DNA of 63,327 nucleotides, counting the filler, from Nitrospinae bacterium RIFCSPLOWO2_12_FULL_45_22 (GTDB taxonomy: Bacteria; 2-12-FULL-45-22), in NCBI GenBank assembly GCA_001803565.1. It is 6 parts of 6 records of this genome, joined end to end, with 100 filler letters (N's around TTAATTAATTAA, not from the genome) between each part and the next. Parts side by side here need not be neighbours in the genome. Positions count along the whole stretch, not along the records: positions 19,644 to 28,388 come from MHDQ01000262.1; positions 28,489 to 38,215 come from MHDQ01000263.1; 4 more parts are not named here. The stretch is one strand, 5' to 3'. Positions 19,732 through 29,755 of this stretch are shown piece after piece (the stretch's first letter is position 1; each line of letters begins with the position of its first letter). The notes below the pieces were generated by a model. That model did not search any database, had not been told where the DNA came from, and worked only from the letters and a program-made list of their open reading frames with translations. The position numbers were made by a program, and so were the translations under genes.

Positions 19732-21369
19732 ATGGCGGATGCGACTTATGATGTGGTGATAGTGGGTGGAGGAAACAAAGCGCTAATTGCCGCTATGTAT
19801 TTAACCAAGTATGGCGGATTGAGTGTGGGCATTTTTGAGGAAAAACATCAGTTGGGCTCAGGCGGTTGGTGTACCGAGGAAAGCCCGGCGCCTGCTTTTC
19901 TGGCCAATCACTGCTCAAGCTGGCATAGCCGTGAGTATCATACCCTCGTTTATGAGGATTTCCCGGAGTGGGAAGAGTACGGAGCTAAACAAATTGACCA
20001 TACACTTAATTTTGGGGTTATTTTTGAAGAAGATGATTCATGCTGCGCGACATATAACTCGAACATAGACCCTACTCAAGAGAAAACTGCTCAGTTATTT
20101 GCTAGGTTTTCAGAGAGAGACGCCGAGAAGTGGCTACGACTTTGGGATAAGGTGGAAAAATACTGGCGTCCAGCTTTGAGGGAATGGGCCTGGAACCCCG
20201 CTAAGCCTTTCGGTGAGATGGACGGTATGGATAAGCTGATATTCAACCGAGAAGGCGGGATAAACCCTCAATGGACGGTCATGACCTATCCTGCGGTGTT
20301 AGCCGAGCTATTCGAGTCTCCTGAAATTCAAATGACATTTGCCAGGATTTTTCAGTCAATGGGCATTCCACCTGATGCCTACGGGGGTGGTTTTAATCTC
20401 ATAGGGGCGCTAGTCATAGCCAGCGCCGCCTGCACATATGTAGGCGGAGTCCACGCTTTGGTTCACGCCTCGCATAGAGTTATCTGGGAAAATGGAGGTA
20501 AATCCTTTACCCAGAGCAAGGTGGACAAAATCATTATCGAAAACGGCAAGGCTAAAGGGATACGTCTAGCAGATGGCACCGAGATCGAAGCTAAGCTAGC
20601 TGTGCTTTCCGGGGTCGATCCGCACCAGCTCTGCTTGGAACTCATAGAGGAAAACTATCTCAGTGGTGAAATCATCAGCAAGATCAAGAGGCTCGAACGG
20701 GACTGGACTACGATAACCTGGTACACATGGGCTCTTCGTGAGAGGCCTCGCTATAAAGCCGAGAGCTTCCTTCCCGAGATATATCAGAACCCTTCTTTGC
20801 ATTTGGGGAATAAGTCCCTGGATAACATATTCGACGAAGTTCATAGGAGGAGGATGGGACTCTGGCCTGATCCAGCCAAGATCAACATCTTAGTCATTGA
20901 CCACTCATATCTTCCCTGTGGTTACGCTCCATCGGGTATGGCTGCTTGCCTGACCGAGGAATGGGTTCTTCCTGCTCATCTCCATGATGAACAGTGGTGG
21001 AAGGAGAGAGAGAAACTTCATGCTGAGGAGGTTATCAACCGGTGGCAAAAGTCTGCCCCCAATATGACCTGGGATAACGTTATCGGTTATGTGCCGATTA
21101 CTCCTTTCTTTATATCCAGGCATAGTAGGACTTGGGGCCCTGCGGGCAATTGGGCTTGCATAGACAACAGTCCTTCTCAGGTTGGTAGATGGAGACCAAT
21201 ACCGGAGCTGGCAGGACACAGGATGCCCATAAAGAACCTGTATGCTACCGGGACTGCCTGGCATCCTGCGGCTAATGCTTGGAGTTGGCAAGGTTACAAC
21301 GTGTACAAGGTGATGGCAGAGGACCTTGGTCTCCGGAAGCCGTGGGAGGAAAAGGGGCGGCCTTACTAA
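19732..21369 (+). CDS. phytoene dehydrogenase-like FAD-dependent oxidoreductase
   Basis: YDVVIVGGG FAD motif; C-terminal RMPIKNLYATG; RBS before the ATG at 19732. Confidence 0.85.
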   Translation: MADATYDVVIVGGGNKALIAAMYLTKYGGLSVGIFEEKHQLGSGGWCTEESPAPAFLANHCSSWHSREYHTLVYEDFPEWEEYGAKQIDHTLNFGVIFEEDDSCCATYNSNIDPTQEKTAQLFARFSERDAEKWLRLWDKVEKYWRPALREWAWNPAKPFGEMDGMDKLIFNREGGINPQWTVMTYPAVLAELFESPEIQMTFARIFQSMGIPPDAYGGGFNLIGALVIASAACTYVGGVHALVHASHRVIWENGGKSFTQSKVDKIIIENGKAKGIRLADGTEIEAKLAVLSGVDPHQLCLELIEENYLSGEIISKIKRLERDWTTITWYTWALRERPRYKAESFLPEIYQNPSLHLGNKSLDNIFDEVHRRRMGLWPDPAKINILVIDHSYLPCGYAPSGMAACLTEEWVLPAHLHDEQWWKEREKLHAEEVINRWQKSAPNMTWDNVIGYVPITPFFISRHSRTWGPAGNWACIDNSPSQVGRWRPIPELAGHRMPIKNLYATGTAWHPAANAWSWQGYNVYKVMAEDLGLRKPWEEKGRPY

Positions 21370-21539
21370 ACGGTAGCCAACAACTCAAAAGAGGAAAGGC
21401 AAACGATCAGGCCGTACAGCATCATTATAGGCGGGGGGCCGAAAGGGATGATGCAAAATCAAGCGATGGCCCCTGATTGTAGGAAAAATGTGGAGTGGGT
21501 GAAGAGGAATTATCGCTTTTGCTGTAAGAGGCCTGGGAG

Positions 21540-22619
21540 ATGGGAAAAATTTATCCCGTTATAATCGTAGGTGGTGGACCTGCAGGTTCGAGTTGCGCGA
21601 AAGCTTTAATCGACGCTGGAGTAGATGTCTTGGTGCTGGAAAAGATGAGACTTCCGAGGCACAAATGTTGTTCCGGCATTCTTTTTGGCCAGGCACAGGA
21701 ATTACTTCGCAGGTATTTCGGAAAACTTCCTCCTGAAAGCGCATATTGTAGCCCAAGAGTTATTCACGCCTCCAATATTTTGGCATGGAGCGAAGAAAAA
21801 GGACCTTTTGTATACGAATGGGAGCTCCCGATGGCAGGCAGGAGCTTTACTACCAGCTATCTAAATGTATGGAGAAACAAGTTTGACTTCTGGCTTTTAA
21901 AAGAATCCGGTGCACAGATAAAAGACGGCCTTATCTTCCGCGATTTTTCTAGCAGTGGCGATAAGATTAGGGTGGCGGTGCAGAGTGGTGTGAGGAGAAC
22001 CGAACTCCTGTGTTCCTACCTTGTTGGGGCTGATGGAGCTAGTTCAGCTGTTAGGGATATTTTCGACTCCTCTTACAAAAAGAGACTGAACGAACTCTCA
22101 ACTTATCAGGCATACTACACGTTTTCCGATCTGGGAAACCTTGAGAAAAGTCATTGGTATGTCTTTTTGGGACTTATTGGCGGCCCAGTGGCAACCGTTC
22201 ATAAAAAAGACGATGTACTGACTCTTTGTGTGGGGAGTTTTGAAAAGAAGGGGAGCCTCAAGGGGCTAATGAAGCGCTTTGAAGATTTCCTCTCAAGCCG
22301 ATTTAAGGTCAAGCTGCTTGAAAAGCAGAGGAGCGAAGGCTGCCTGATAAACGATATGAATTTGAGAGGGGATTTCTGTCTGGGTGGGGGAAGAGTGTTT
22401 CTTGTGGGCGACGCGGCCGGTTTCATGTACCTGAACGGGGAAGGCATCAGCGTTGCTATTGATTCGGGTTATAGGGCCGGGAAAGCCATTGCAAAAGGAT
22501 TGAAGGGTAAAGGAGAGGCCTGGGACCTATATCGTAGGGAGACCGAAGATATTAGAGAGCAAGTGAAACTTTGCGCAAGCAAACAGACCCTCATTGGGCG
22601 TCCCGAAGGAACGACGTAA
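21540..22619 (+). CDS. geranylgeranyl-reductase-family FAD oxidoreductase
   Basis: GGGPAG, KCCSG, VGADG, VGDAAG and GEGI motifs. Confidence 0.85.
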   Translation: MGKIYPVIIVGGGPAGSSCAKALIDAGVDVLVLEKMRLPRHKCCSGILFGQAQELLRRYFGKLPPESAYCSPRVIHASNILAWSEEKGPFVYEWELPMAGRSFTTSYLNVWRNKFDFWLLKESGAQIKDGLIFRDFSSSGDKIRVAVQSGVRRTELLCSYLVGADGASSAVRDIFDSSYKKRLNELSTYQAYYTFSDLGNLEKSHWYVFLGLIGGPVATVHKKDDVLTLCVGSFEKKGSLKGLMKRFEDFLSSRFKVKLLEKQRSEGCLINDMNLRGDFCLGGGRVFLVGDAAGFMYLNGEGISVAIDSGYRAGKAIAKGLKGKGEAWDLYRRETEDIREQVKLCASKQTLIGRPEGTT

Positions 22620-22828
22620 AAGATGAAAGACTCAGTTGTGAAACTATCAAGTGGGAGAGATAAGATTCTCATTAGTTGTGTATATATCAGTCTCACACTT
22701 TTCTCTAAGCTTGCCAGGGGTGGGGCCCAGCGGAAGCCGTTGCCATGGATAATACCCTGGATCAGGCAGATAGAGGATACCGGAACCTAAACTGGGATGC
22801 CATATGAGAATATGGCAGGAGCCGAAGG

Positions 22829-23701
22829 ATGATGAAGAATTTTGAATATCTCGCCCCTAAAACGGTTAAGGATGCCCTCACTTTGCTAGCTGGGGACCAG
22901 GGCGACAGCAAAGTAATCGCTGGCGGACAATCATTACTTTTACTGATGGGGCACGGGCTGGTCACACCAAAGTATCTCATCGATATTAAAGGAATCTCCT
23001 CTTTAAACTATCTTCAAAAGACTCAGAGCGGGCTAGAGATTGGTTCTCTGACCACGCACCGGAGTGTAGAGACCTCCCCATTAATACGCAACGGATTTTG
23101 CGTACTGGCCCAGATGGAAGGCGCCTTGGCCTCATTGGAAACCCGGAACTGGGGTACTCTGGGGGGTAACGTCTGTCACGCTGACCCCAAAGGAGATGTT
23201 TGCCCCGTGTTAATTGCACTGGGTGCGAAGGTGAAGATGATTAGCCTGCGTGGAGAGCGGACTATGGCAGTTGAGGATTTTTCCACCGGTTATTTTGAAA
23301 CTGCCCTCAACCCCGATGAGCTGCTGGCTGAAATTCAGGTGCCGAATCCAGCACCGAGGACAGGCACTGCCTATCACAAATTTACCATGATAGAAGGAGA
23401 CTACGCCATTGTGTCGACAACGGTATCAATCACCCTCGATGCAAGCAATGAGAAGTGTAAGGATGCTCGCATAGTGCTGGGTGCGGTAGCCCCGGCGCCC
23501 ATGAGGGCTAAGCGGGCAGAAAAAGTTCTGGTGGGCAGGGAGATTAAAGATAGTTTACTGCAAGAGGCTGCCCAAATAGCTTCAGAGGAGGCGGAGCCGG
23601 TATCTGACATGCATGCCTCCGACGAATACAAAAGGGAGCTGGTCAAAGTCCTGGTAAAGCGGGTAGGCAAAGAGGCTCTGGAAAAGGCTGGTATGGCTTA
23701 A
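22829..23701 (+). CDS. xanthine dehydrogenase/CoxM family FAD-binding subunit
   Basis: AGGQSL, RNWGTLGGN, SDMHASDEYK. Confidence 0.9.
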   Translation: MMKNFEYLAPKTVKDALTLLAGDQGDSKVIAGGQSLLLLMGHGLVTPKYLIDIKGISSLNYLQKTQSGLEIGSLTTHRSVETSPLIRNGFCVLAQMEGALASLETRNWGTLGGNVCHADPKGDVCPVLIALGAKVKMISLRGERTMAVEDFSTGYFETALNPDELLAEIQVPNPAPRTGTAYHKFTMIEGDYAIVSTTVSITLDASNEKCKDARIVLGAVAPAPMRAKRAEKVLVGREIKDSLLQEAAQIASEEAEPVSDMHASDEYKRELVKVLVKRVGKEALEKAGMA

Positions 23702-23727
23702 TTTCCTCGCCTGGAGAAAATTTAACC

Positions 23728-24204
23728 ATGATAACAAAGGACTTAAGCATAACCATAAACGGGAAGCAGTACCGGTTATCGGTTGGAGCCAGGACACTCC
23801 TTGTAGACCTGTTAAGGAACGACTTAGAGCTAACCGGCACCAAGGTGGCCTGCGACAGTGGCTCCTGTTTGGCCTGCACTGTCCTTGTTGATGGCAAGGC
23901 GGTCAAATCGTGCTCAATATTGGCGCTCCAGGTAGATGGCAGGAGTGTCCTGACAATTGAAGGTCTGGCGAATGGGGACAAGTTACACCCAATCCAGGAA
24001 TCCTTTGTCAAAAATCATGGACTTGCCTGTGGCTACTGCACGCCGGGAGTGATTATGTCGGCTAAAGCGCTACTGGACGAAAATCCCAGCCCGACTGAAG
24101 ACGAGGTCCGGCATGTCATATCTGACCATCTGTGCCGCTGCGGCGCGTATCCTAAGATTGTCAAGTCAGTACTGGAAGCTGCAGAAATAATGAGAGGTGA
24201 GTGA
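23728..24204 (+). CDS. xanthine dehydrogenase/CoxS family [2Fe-2S] subunit
   Basis: CDSGSCLACTV, CGYCTPG, CRC. Confidence 0.92.
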   Translation: MITKDLSITINGKQYRLSVGARTLLVDLLRNDLELTGTKVACDSGSCLACTVLVDGKAVKSCSILALQVDGRSVLTIEGLANGDKLHPIQESFVKNHGLACGYCTPGVIMSAKALLDENPSPTEDEVRHVISDHLCRCGAYPKIVKSVLEAAEIMRGE

Positions 24205-26527
24205 AATGGAGCTATCGGCTATTGGAAAACGGGTGGCATTGGAGGACGCTTATGAGAAGGTTACCGGGAAGCTCAAATTCGCCGTGGATATCAGCTTGCC
24301 CGGGATGCTGCATGCCAAGGTGCTGAGGAGTCCTTATGCCCATGCCAAGATAGTTAATATTGATACCCGCAAGGCTGAAGCGCTGCCTGGCGTGAGGGCA
24401 ATAATTACCCATAAAGATGTCCCGAAAGAGGAGTGGATGGAATTATGGCTTAACTATTACGGGCGGGTAATAGATGACAGAGTGCGTTTTGTTGGCGACG
24501 AGGTGGCAGCAGTAGCGGCTACAAGCATAGATGTGGCTGAAGAAGCGCTAAGCCTGATAGAGGTTGAATATGAAGAGCTGCCTCATGTCTTTGATTTAGA
24601 AGAGGCCATGAAGCCTGATGCACCTCAGGTGTCGCCTTATGGGAACGTAAGAGAGCCCACAATTGTAGAGTGGGGTGATATAGAACAGGGCTTCAAAGGC
24701 GCAGACCTGATAGTAGAACACAAGACCAGGGCAGGTTCTCAGCAGCATGCACCGGTCGGTCTCAATGCCTGCATCGCTACCTGGGAAGGGGACAAGCTGA
24801 CTATCTGGACCTCCGCTCAGTCAGTTTTTGAAATCCGTGATGTTATGGCGCGCTATCTGAAGATGCCCATGAGTAAGGTCAGGGTTATTGGTCTGCCTAC
24901 TGGTGGCTCCTTCGGCCTGTTCTGGCTCAATAACTTCCATTTCATCCCGGTGTTTCTCGCCAGGAAAGCCGGGAAGCCAGTTAAGCTGGAACTCACCCGG
25001 GAGGAGATTTTCTCTACCGTTAAAAGACGGGAGATATGTATGACCTCGGTTAAACTGGGAGTCAAGAGGGATGGCACTTTCACCGCGATACATATGAAGC
25101 ACTACTGGGAAAATGGGGCATATGGGTTTAAGACTAATCCATACGAGACTATGAGTGACCTGTGGGTGAGAAACCTAAAACATGGGAAGTTTGAGTTCCA
25201 CGGCGTGTCCACTAATCTCTGTACTGCTGGTTGTATGAGGGGGGTTGGAGATCTGGTGCAGGACTTTTGTATGGAACAAGCCATAGATAAGGCCGCAGAA
25301 AAGCTGGGAATGGGCCCACTGGAGATAAGGTTAAAGAATCACAGCCGCGCCGGCGACCCGCAGCGTGCGGATGTCCCCTTTTATCAGTGGGCAAAACTAG
25401 CTCGGCCAGAGAAGACCTTGTCCAGCAGTGGTATGGATAAATGTATCAAGGAAGGTGCTAAGGCGATAGGATGGCAGGAGAAGTGGAAGGGGTGGGGTCA
25501 ACCCACAGAGGTTAACGGTTCGAAGAGACGAGCCATTGGTATGGCGGTATCCAGTCATTGTTCCGGGCAACGGTATCTGGGCACTTCCTCGGTTACTGTC
25601 AAGGTCAATCAGGATGGGAGTGTTAATCTCTTCACCGGCGCGGGTCGCATGGGGCAGGGAATGGAGACTACCCAGGCTCAAATTGTAGCTGAAGTTTTGG
25701 GAGTACCAGTAGAAAGCATCAAGGGGACTCACGGGGACACTGAGGTATGTCCCTGGAGTGTGGCAACCGTGGCTAGCATCAATGCCCACCAGACCGGTGT
25801 GGCTACCCAGGCAGCTGCCGCTGAGGCTAAGCGGCAGGTCTGTGAGTTAGCTAGTAAGGAGCTAGGCGCGAAGCCGGAGGACATAGACATCAAGAAAGGT
25901 GTGGTCTTTGTAAAAGGCCATCCCAAAAGATCTATCCCATTTGCTGATCTGACTGCCAAGATAGACCCTGAGACTGGGACTTGGCCTACTATCATAGCCA
26001 GTGCCTCGAAAAGCATCCCTCACAGCCCGGTTGCCAGGTTTTATATGGCTCACTTCGCCGAAGTTGAAGTGGATACCGATACCGGCAAGGTGAAAATATT
26101 AAGATACGTGGCCGTCCACGACAGCGGCAGGATAATAAATCCCAGCATCTGCGAAAATCAGGTGGTATCCGGAGTGCTGCAGGGCTGTGGCTTTGCACTG
26201 GGTGAAAGGTTGGTCTTCGACGAGAACACGGGGCAGATCCTCAACCCGAACTTCACTGACTACAAAATACTTAAAGCGCTGGACGTGCCAGACCCTGAAG
26301 TTATCTTCGTGGAAGAGATTGACCCTGTGGGTACGTTTGGGGCGAAGGGGATTGGTGAAGGAACCGTCTGTCCCTGTGCGGCTGCGCTGGCGCAGGCCAT
26401 TTACAATGCAACTGGCGTGGAATTTAATGCCATACCATTTACTCCTGAGATAGTGTTTAGAGCGCTGAGAAGCGGGGTAGCTAAGGATGCAGATGAATCC
26501 AGATACCACGTAGCATATCTTAATTAA
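24197..26527 (+). CDS. xanthine dehydrogenase family molybdopterin-binding subunit
   Basis: LRSPYAHA, GGSFG, MRGVG, MGQG, AKGIGE. Confidence 0.92.
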   Translation: MSEMELSAIGKRVALEDAYEKVTGKLKFAVDISLPGMLHAKVLRSPYAHAKIVNIDTRKAEALPGVRAIITHKDVPKEEWMELWLNYYGRVIDDRVRFVGDEVAAVAATSIDVAEEALSLIEVEYEELPHVFDLEEAMKPDAPQVSPYGNVREPTIVEWGDIEQGFKGADLIVEHKTRAGSQQHAPVGLNACIATWEGDKLTIWTSAQSVFEIRDVMARYLKMPMSKVRVIGLPTGGSFGLFWLNNFHFIPVFLARKAGKPVKLELTREEIFSTVKRREICMTSVKLGVKRDGTFTAIHMKHYWENGAYGFKTNPYETMSDLWVRNLKHGKFEFHGVSTNLCTAGCMRGVGDLVQDFCMEQAIDKAAEKLGMGPLEIRLKNHSRAGDPQRADVPFYQWAKLARPEKTLSSSGMDKCIKEGAKAIGWQEKWKGWGQPTEVNGSKRRAIGMAVSSHCSGQRYLGTSSVTVKVNQDGSVNLFTGAGRMGQGMETTQAQIVAEVLGVPVESIKGTHGDTEVCPWSVATVASINAHQTGVATQAAAAEAKRQVCELASKELGAKPEDIDIKKGVVFVKGHPKRSIPFADLTAKIDPETGTWPTIIASASKSIPHSPVARFYMAHFAEVEVDTDTGKVKILRYVAVHDSGRIINPSICENQVVSGVLQGCGFALGERLVFDENTGQILNPNFTDYKILKALDVPDPEVIFVEEIDPVGTFGAKGIGEGTVCPCAAALAQAIYNATGVEFNAIPFTPEIVFRALRSGVAKDADESRYHVAYLN

Positions 26528-26549
26528 CGACCCGGGAGATGATAGAGGA

Positions 26550-26694
26550 TTCCAACGAAAAGCCCGTACGCCACCGGGACCTCCTGACATCTGCATCGAA
26601 TGCTTGGAGCCGGGAAGGTTACAACGTCTACAAGGTAATGGCGGAGGACTTTGGTCTCAAGAAGCCGTGGGAGGAGAAGGGGCGACCATACTAA
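26550..26694 (+). pseudogene. decayed 3' remnant paralogous to 19732-21369
   Basis: Encodes GYNVYKVMAEDFGLKKPWEEKGRPY*, near-identical to the intact gene's C-terminus; preceded by a degenerate YATGT stretch. Confidence 0.8.
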
Positions 26695-26727
26695 GCGACG
26701 GCCCAGAGCTGGAGAACTAACGGGCTA

Positions 26728-28356
26728 ATGATGAGACAATATGACATCATAATTATTGGCGGAGGGCCAAATGGGCTCGTGGCAGGCGCTTACCTTGCAA
26801 AGGCTGGGCAAAAGGTTTTGGTTCTGGAGCGGAGATTTGAGATGGGAGGTGGGCTTGCTACCGAGGAAGTGATAGGTACACCTCGCTTTTACGCTAATAC
26901 CCACGCCATTTACATGACGATGGCGGATTACGCACCGGCTTACCAAGACCTGGAGCTTGAGAAGTCTTACGGTCTAAAGCATTTGTACCCTTCATTGCAG
27001 TTCGCTATGCCACTTCGAGACGGAAGATGTCTATGCCTCTATGCTAACCTGGATAAAAGTTGTGATTCGATAGCTCGGTTTTCCGAGGAGGATGCCAATA
27101 CGTATAGGGATATTTATCATAAATATAAGCGCTACGTAGATGAGTTTATAGCTCCAGCAACTTACGTTCAGCCATTGTCCGTCATCGAGCAGGCGGCGAA
27201 ATTGGAAGAGAGCGAAATTGGAAAAGAAATAAGCGAGCTGGCAGAGCTTACACCCCAGGAGATAGTGCACAGTCTCTTCAAGAACGAGTATGTCAGGAGT
27301 ATGATGCTACATGTTGCTTGTTTCTGGGGGTTAGATCCTGAGCAGGCAGGATTAGGTTATCTTGTTCCTCTTTTTGTGAACCGGGCCACCAACTATCGGA
27401 TTTGTGTGGGTGGCTCTCATATGCTCGCACAAGCTCTTATCAAGGTGATCCTGGCAAATGGAGGGGAACTAAGGACTGGAGTAGTGATCGAGCGCATCAG
27501 AGTAAAGGACGGAGCGGCGACGGGCATAGAGATGGATGACGGCAGAGTCTACGAAGCGTCCAAGGCTATAATCAGCACCATCGATACTCATCAAACCTTC
27601 CTGAAACTTATCGGCGAAGAGAACCTAGAGAAGGATTTTGTTGAGTCGATCAAGATGTGGCAGTGGGAACATTGGAGCTTTCTAGGTATCCATCTGGCGC
27701 TGGATGAAGCACCAAGATTTACCGCAGCTAAGGCTGATCCAGTAATTAACAGCGCTTTGATTTATATATTGGGATGTGAGACCTCGGAGGAGTTTATAGA
27801 TCACTACCGGGCTATAAAAAGGGGCGAGATGGACGAGAAAGCATGCGTCACTTTTTCTGTCCCCAGTTTACATGATCCGAGCCAAGCGCCAGCGAGTAGG
27901 TATACTGCGGTCATTCATCAAATGGCGCCTTACAGCCTGAAAGAAGGAACTGAAAAGTGGTACTCCCTCAGATTCAAACAGGAGCAGTTCCAAAGAACAT
28001 TGAGAATCCTTCAGAGATATGCTCCCAACATGACGCAGGACAAGGTAAGGAACTATTACATCTCCACGCCGCTGGATGTTGAGAATAAGTTCCGCAATAT
28101 GGTGCAAGGGTCGATCAAGCAAGGGCAGTACCATCCGTTGCAGATGGGATTTATGCGTCCAAATGAATACTGTTCGGAGCATCGGTCGTCTATAAAGCGC
28201 CTTTATATGGGAGGGGCATGCACTTATCCGGGTGGAACGGTGCTCTTGGGACCTGGCTATCTAGCGGCCGATGCTGTCTGCGAAGATCTGGCCATAGAGA
28301 AGTGGTGGCGCGAGCCGGAGATGGTAGTGAGGGCTCGCCAGAAGGGATTACTCTAG
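26728..28356 (+). CDS. phytoene dehydrogenase-like FAD-dependent oxidoreductase
   Basis: YDIIIIGGGPNGL, LERRFEMGGG, LYMGGACTYPGG. Confidence 0.88.
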   Translation: MMRQYDIIIIGGGPNGLVAGAYLAKAGQKVLVLERRFEMGGGLATEEVIGTPRFYANTHAIYMTMADYAPAYQDLELEKSYGLKHLYPSLQFAMPLRDGRCLCLYANLDKSCDSIARFSEEDANTYRDIYHKYKRYVDEFIAPATYVQPLSVIEQAAKLEESEIGKEISELAELTPQEIVHSLFKNEYVRSMMLHVACFWGLDPEQAGLGYLVPLFVNRATNYRICVGGSHMLAQALIKVILANGGELRTGVVIERIRVKDGAATGIEMDDGRVYEASKAIISTIDTHQTFLKLIGEENLEKDFVESIKMWQWEHWSFLGIHLALDEAPRFTAAKADPVINSALIYILGCETSEEFIDHYRAIKRGEMDEKACVTFSVPSLHDPSQAPASRYTAVIHQMAPYSLKEGTEKWYSLRFKQEQFQRTLRILQRYAPNMTQDKVRNYYISTPLDVENKFRNMVQGSIKQGQYHPLQMGFMRPNEYCSEHRSSIKRLYMGGACTYPGGTVLLGPGYLAADAVCEDLAIEKWWREPEMVVRARQKGLL

Positions 28357-28388
28357 GAGGAGCGGATGACGGATCTCAGAGAGTTTAT

Positions 28389-28488
28389 NNNNNNNNNNNN
28401 NNNNNNNNNNNNNNNNNNNNNNNNNNNNNNNNTTAATTAATTAANNNNNNNNNNNNNNNNNNNNNNNNNNNNNNNNNNNNNNNNNNNN
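28389..28488. other. artificial contig-join spacer
   Basis: N-run with TTAATTAATTAA. Confidence 0.97.
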
Positions 28489-28577
28489 TAAATAAATACC
28501 TTCAAAGAACCTCTTTTCAGCAACATAAATTCAAAAAATTGTAACATTTTAGCCCCCCAATAAGGCTTTATGAATAT

Positions 28578-28865
28578 TTGCCACGGATAGACACAGATGA
28601 ACACGGATTATTGGCGTCATTGCAAAATTAACAATGTAAAATTAGCAATTAACAATTAGAGAAACTAGGAGATTACGAGACTAAAAAGAGATTAAATATT
28701 TAGTCTCCTAGTCTCTAGGCTTGTGCTGAACTTGTTTCAGTAAATCTCTTAATCTCAGATCTTTGATTTTGAAATGCTAATTGCTAATTTTGCATTTTGC
28801 ATTGAAACGAATCTATCTATCCGTGTTCATCCGTCCCTGAAACAAGTTCAGGACAAGGGTTAAAA
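28578..28865. repeat. mosaic of nested and interleaved inverted repeats
   Basis: GATGAACACGGAT (28596) and its complement (28819); 21-bp pair at 28720 and 28837; short-period arrays facing their complements. Confidence 0.8.
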
Positions 28866-28896
28866 TCCTTATCATGGCTAAACAATTACAAAAATT

Positions 28897-29199
28897 CTAC
28901 CTATTTATTCTCTCAATCTCTTCATACATCTCTACTGTTGGGTTCCCGTCCATCAATGGGCCGATAGTAGCGAAGAGTTCTTTAAAATAGGGTGTAGAGC
29001 TATGGAGGTTAAAGGCTGCTTGGTCTTTATATTTTTCATAAAATAGAAACACTCGGGGATCGTTTTTCGACCTGTGCATAATATAGCTGAGCGTACCTTC
29101 TTCTTTGGCCCTTACCTCAGGAAACATCTTTAGTAGCGCCTTCTCCATCTCACCTTCTTTACCCTCTTTGGTCCGTAATTTGGCTACGATAACTAACAT
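28897..29199 (-). CDS. antibiotic biosynthesis monooxygenase (ABM) family protein
   Basis: EEGTLSY, FLFYEKYKD, H..TPYF pattern; AAGGAGG RBS. Confidence 0.88.
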   Translation of the reverse strand: MLVIVAKLRTKEGKEGEMEKALLKMFPEVRAKEEGTLSYIMHRSKNDPRVFLFYEKYKDQAAFNLHSSTPYFKELFATIGPLMDGNPTVEMYEEIERINR

Positions 29200-29299
29200 T
29201 CTCTCCTCCTTTCTTTAAATTAGAATTCAGGATCCAGTAGTCAGGAGTCAGAATAAAATCTTTTCTTCCCTCCTGACTCCTGGATTCTTACTCCTGCAT

Positions 29300-29689
29300 T
29301 CATCCGTGTATAAAAAGGAATTCCTCACAAACTCTCCAATTTTCATTAACCCACAATCCTATAATCTTCACATTGAAGCCCCATGAGCCAACCACCTTAA
29401 TTGCAGCAAGAATATGTTTTAATTGAGTTTCTTTGTCCGTAGGATTTCCTGCACAACCATAATGTCCCACTATGGCAATAAGTTTTGATCCATGAACATT
29501 GACCGATATCTCAACACACTTCTTTATCGCTTCTATTGCAATATGCTCACATTCAGCTAAGAGCTTGTTAACTCCCGGCGCAGTAATCATATCTACATAG
29601 ACTACGCCGTAGTTATTTTTGATGTGTTCAATCACGGGTATTTGTACCCGCCCATCCATACAATTTATGGCCGTGGCGAATTTACTCAT
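29300..29689 (-). CDS. small putative carbonic anhydrase-like protein
   Basis: NCMDGR...GHYGCAGN (CxD, HxxC Zn ligands). Confidence 0.75.
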   Translation of the reverse strand: MSKFATAINCMDGRVQIPVIEHIKNNYGVVYVDMITAPGVNKLLAECEHIAIEAIKKCVEISVNVHGSKLIAIVGHYGCAGNPTDKETQLKHILAAIKVVGSWGFNVKIIGLWVNENWRVCEEFLFIHG

Positions 29690-29755
29690 TATTAGGCTTT
29701 TTCTCTCTTTATAATTCCAAGAGGAGTGAAGCTCTGTGATCTCACCTCCTAAGCC

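Noticed and set aside
22829-26527. 4-hydroxybenzoyl-CoA reductase or aerobic CO dehydrogenase
   Set aside because: The FAD subunit lacks the [4Fe-4S] insert of HcrB. The large subunit has CMRGVG rather than the CoxL AYxCSFR motif.
28366-28388. UbiD-family decarboxylase gene
   Set aside because: Only 7 codons precede the gap, too little to annotate.
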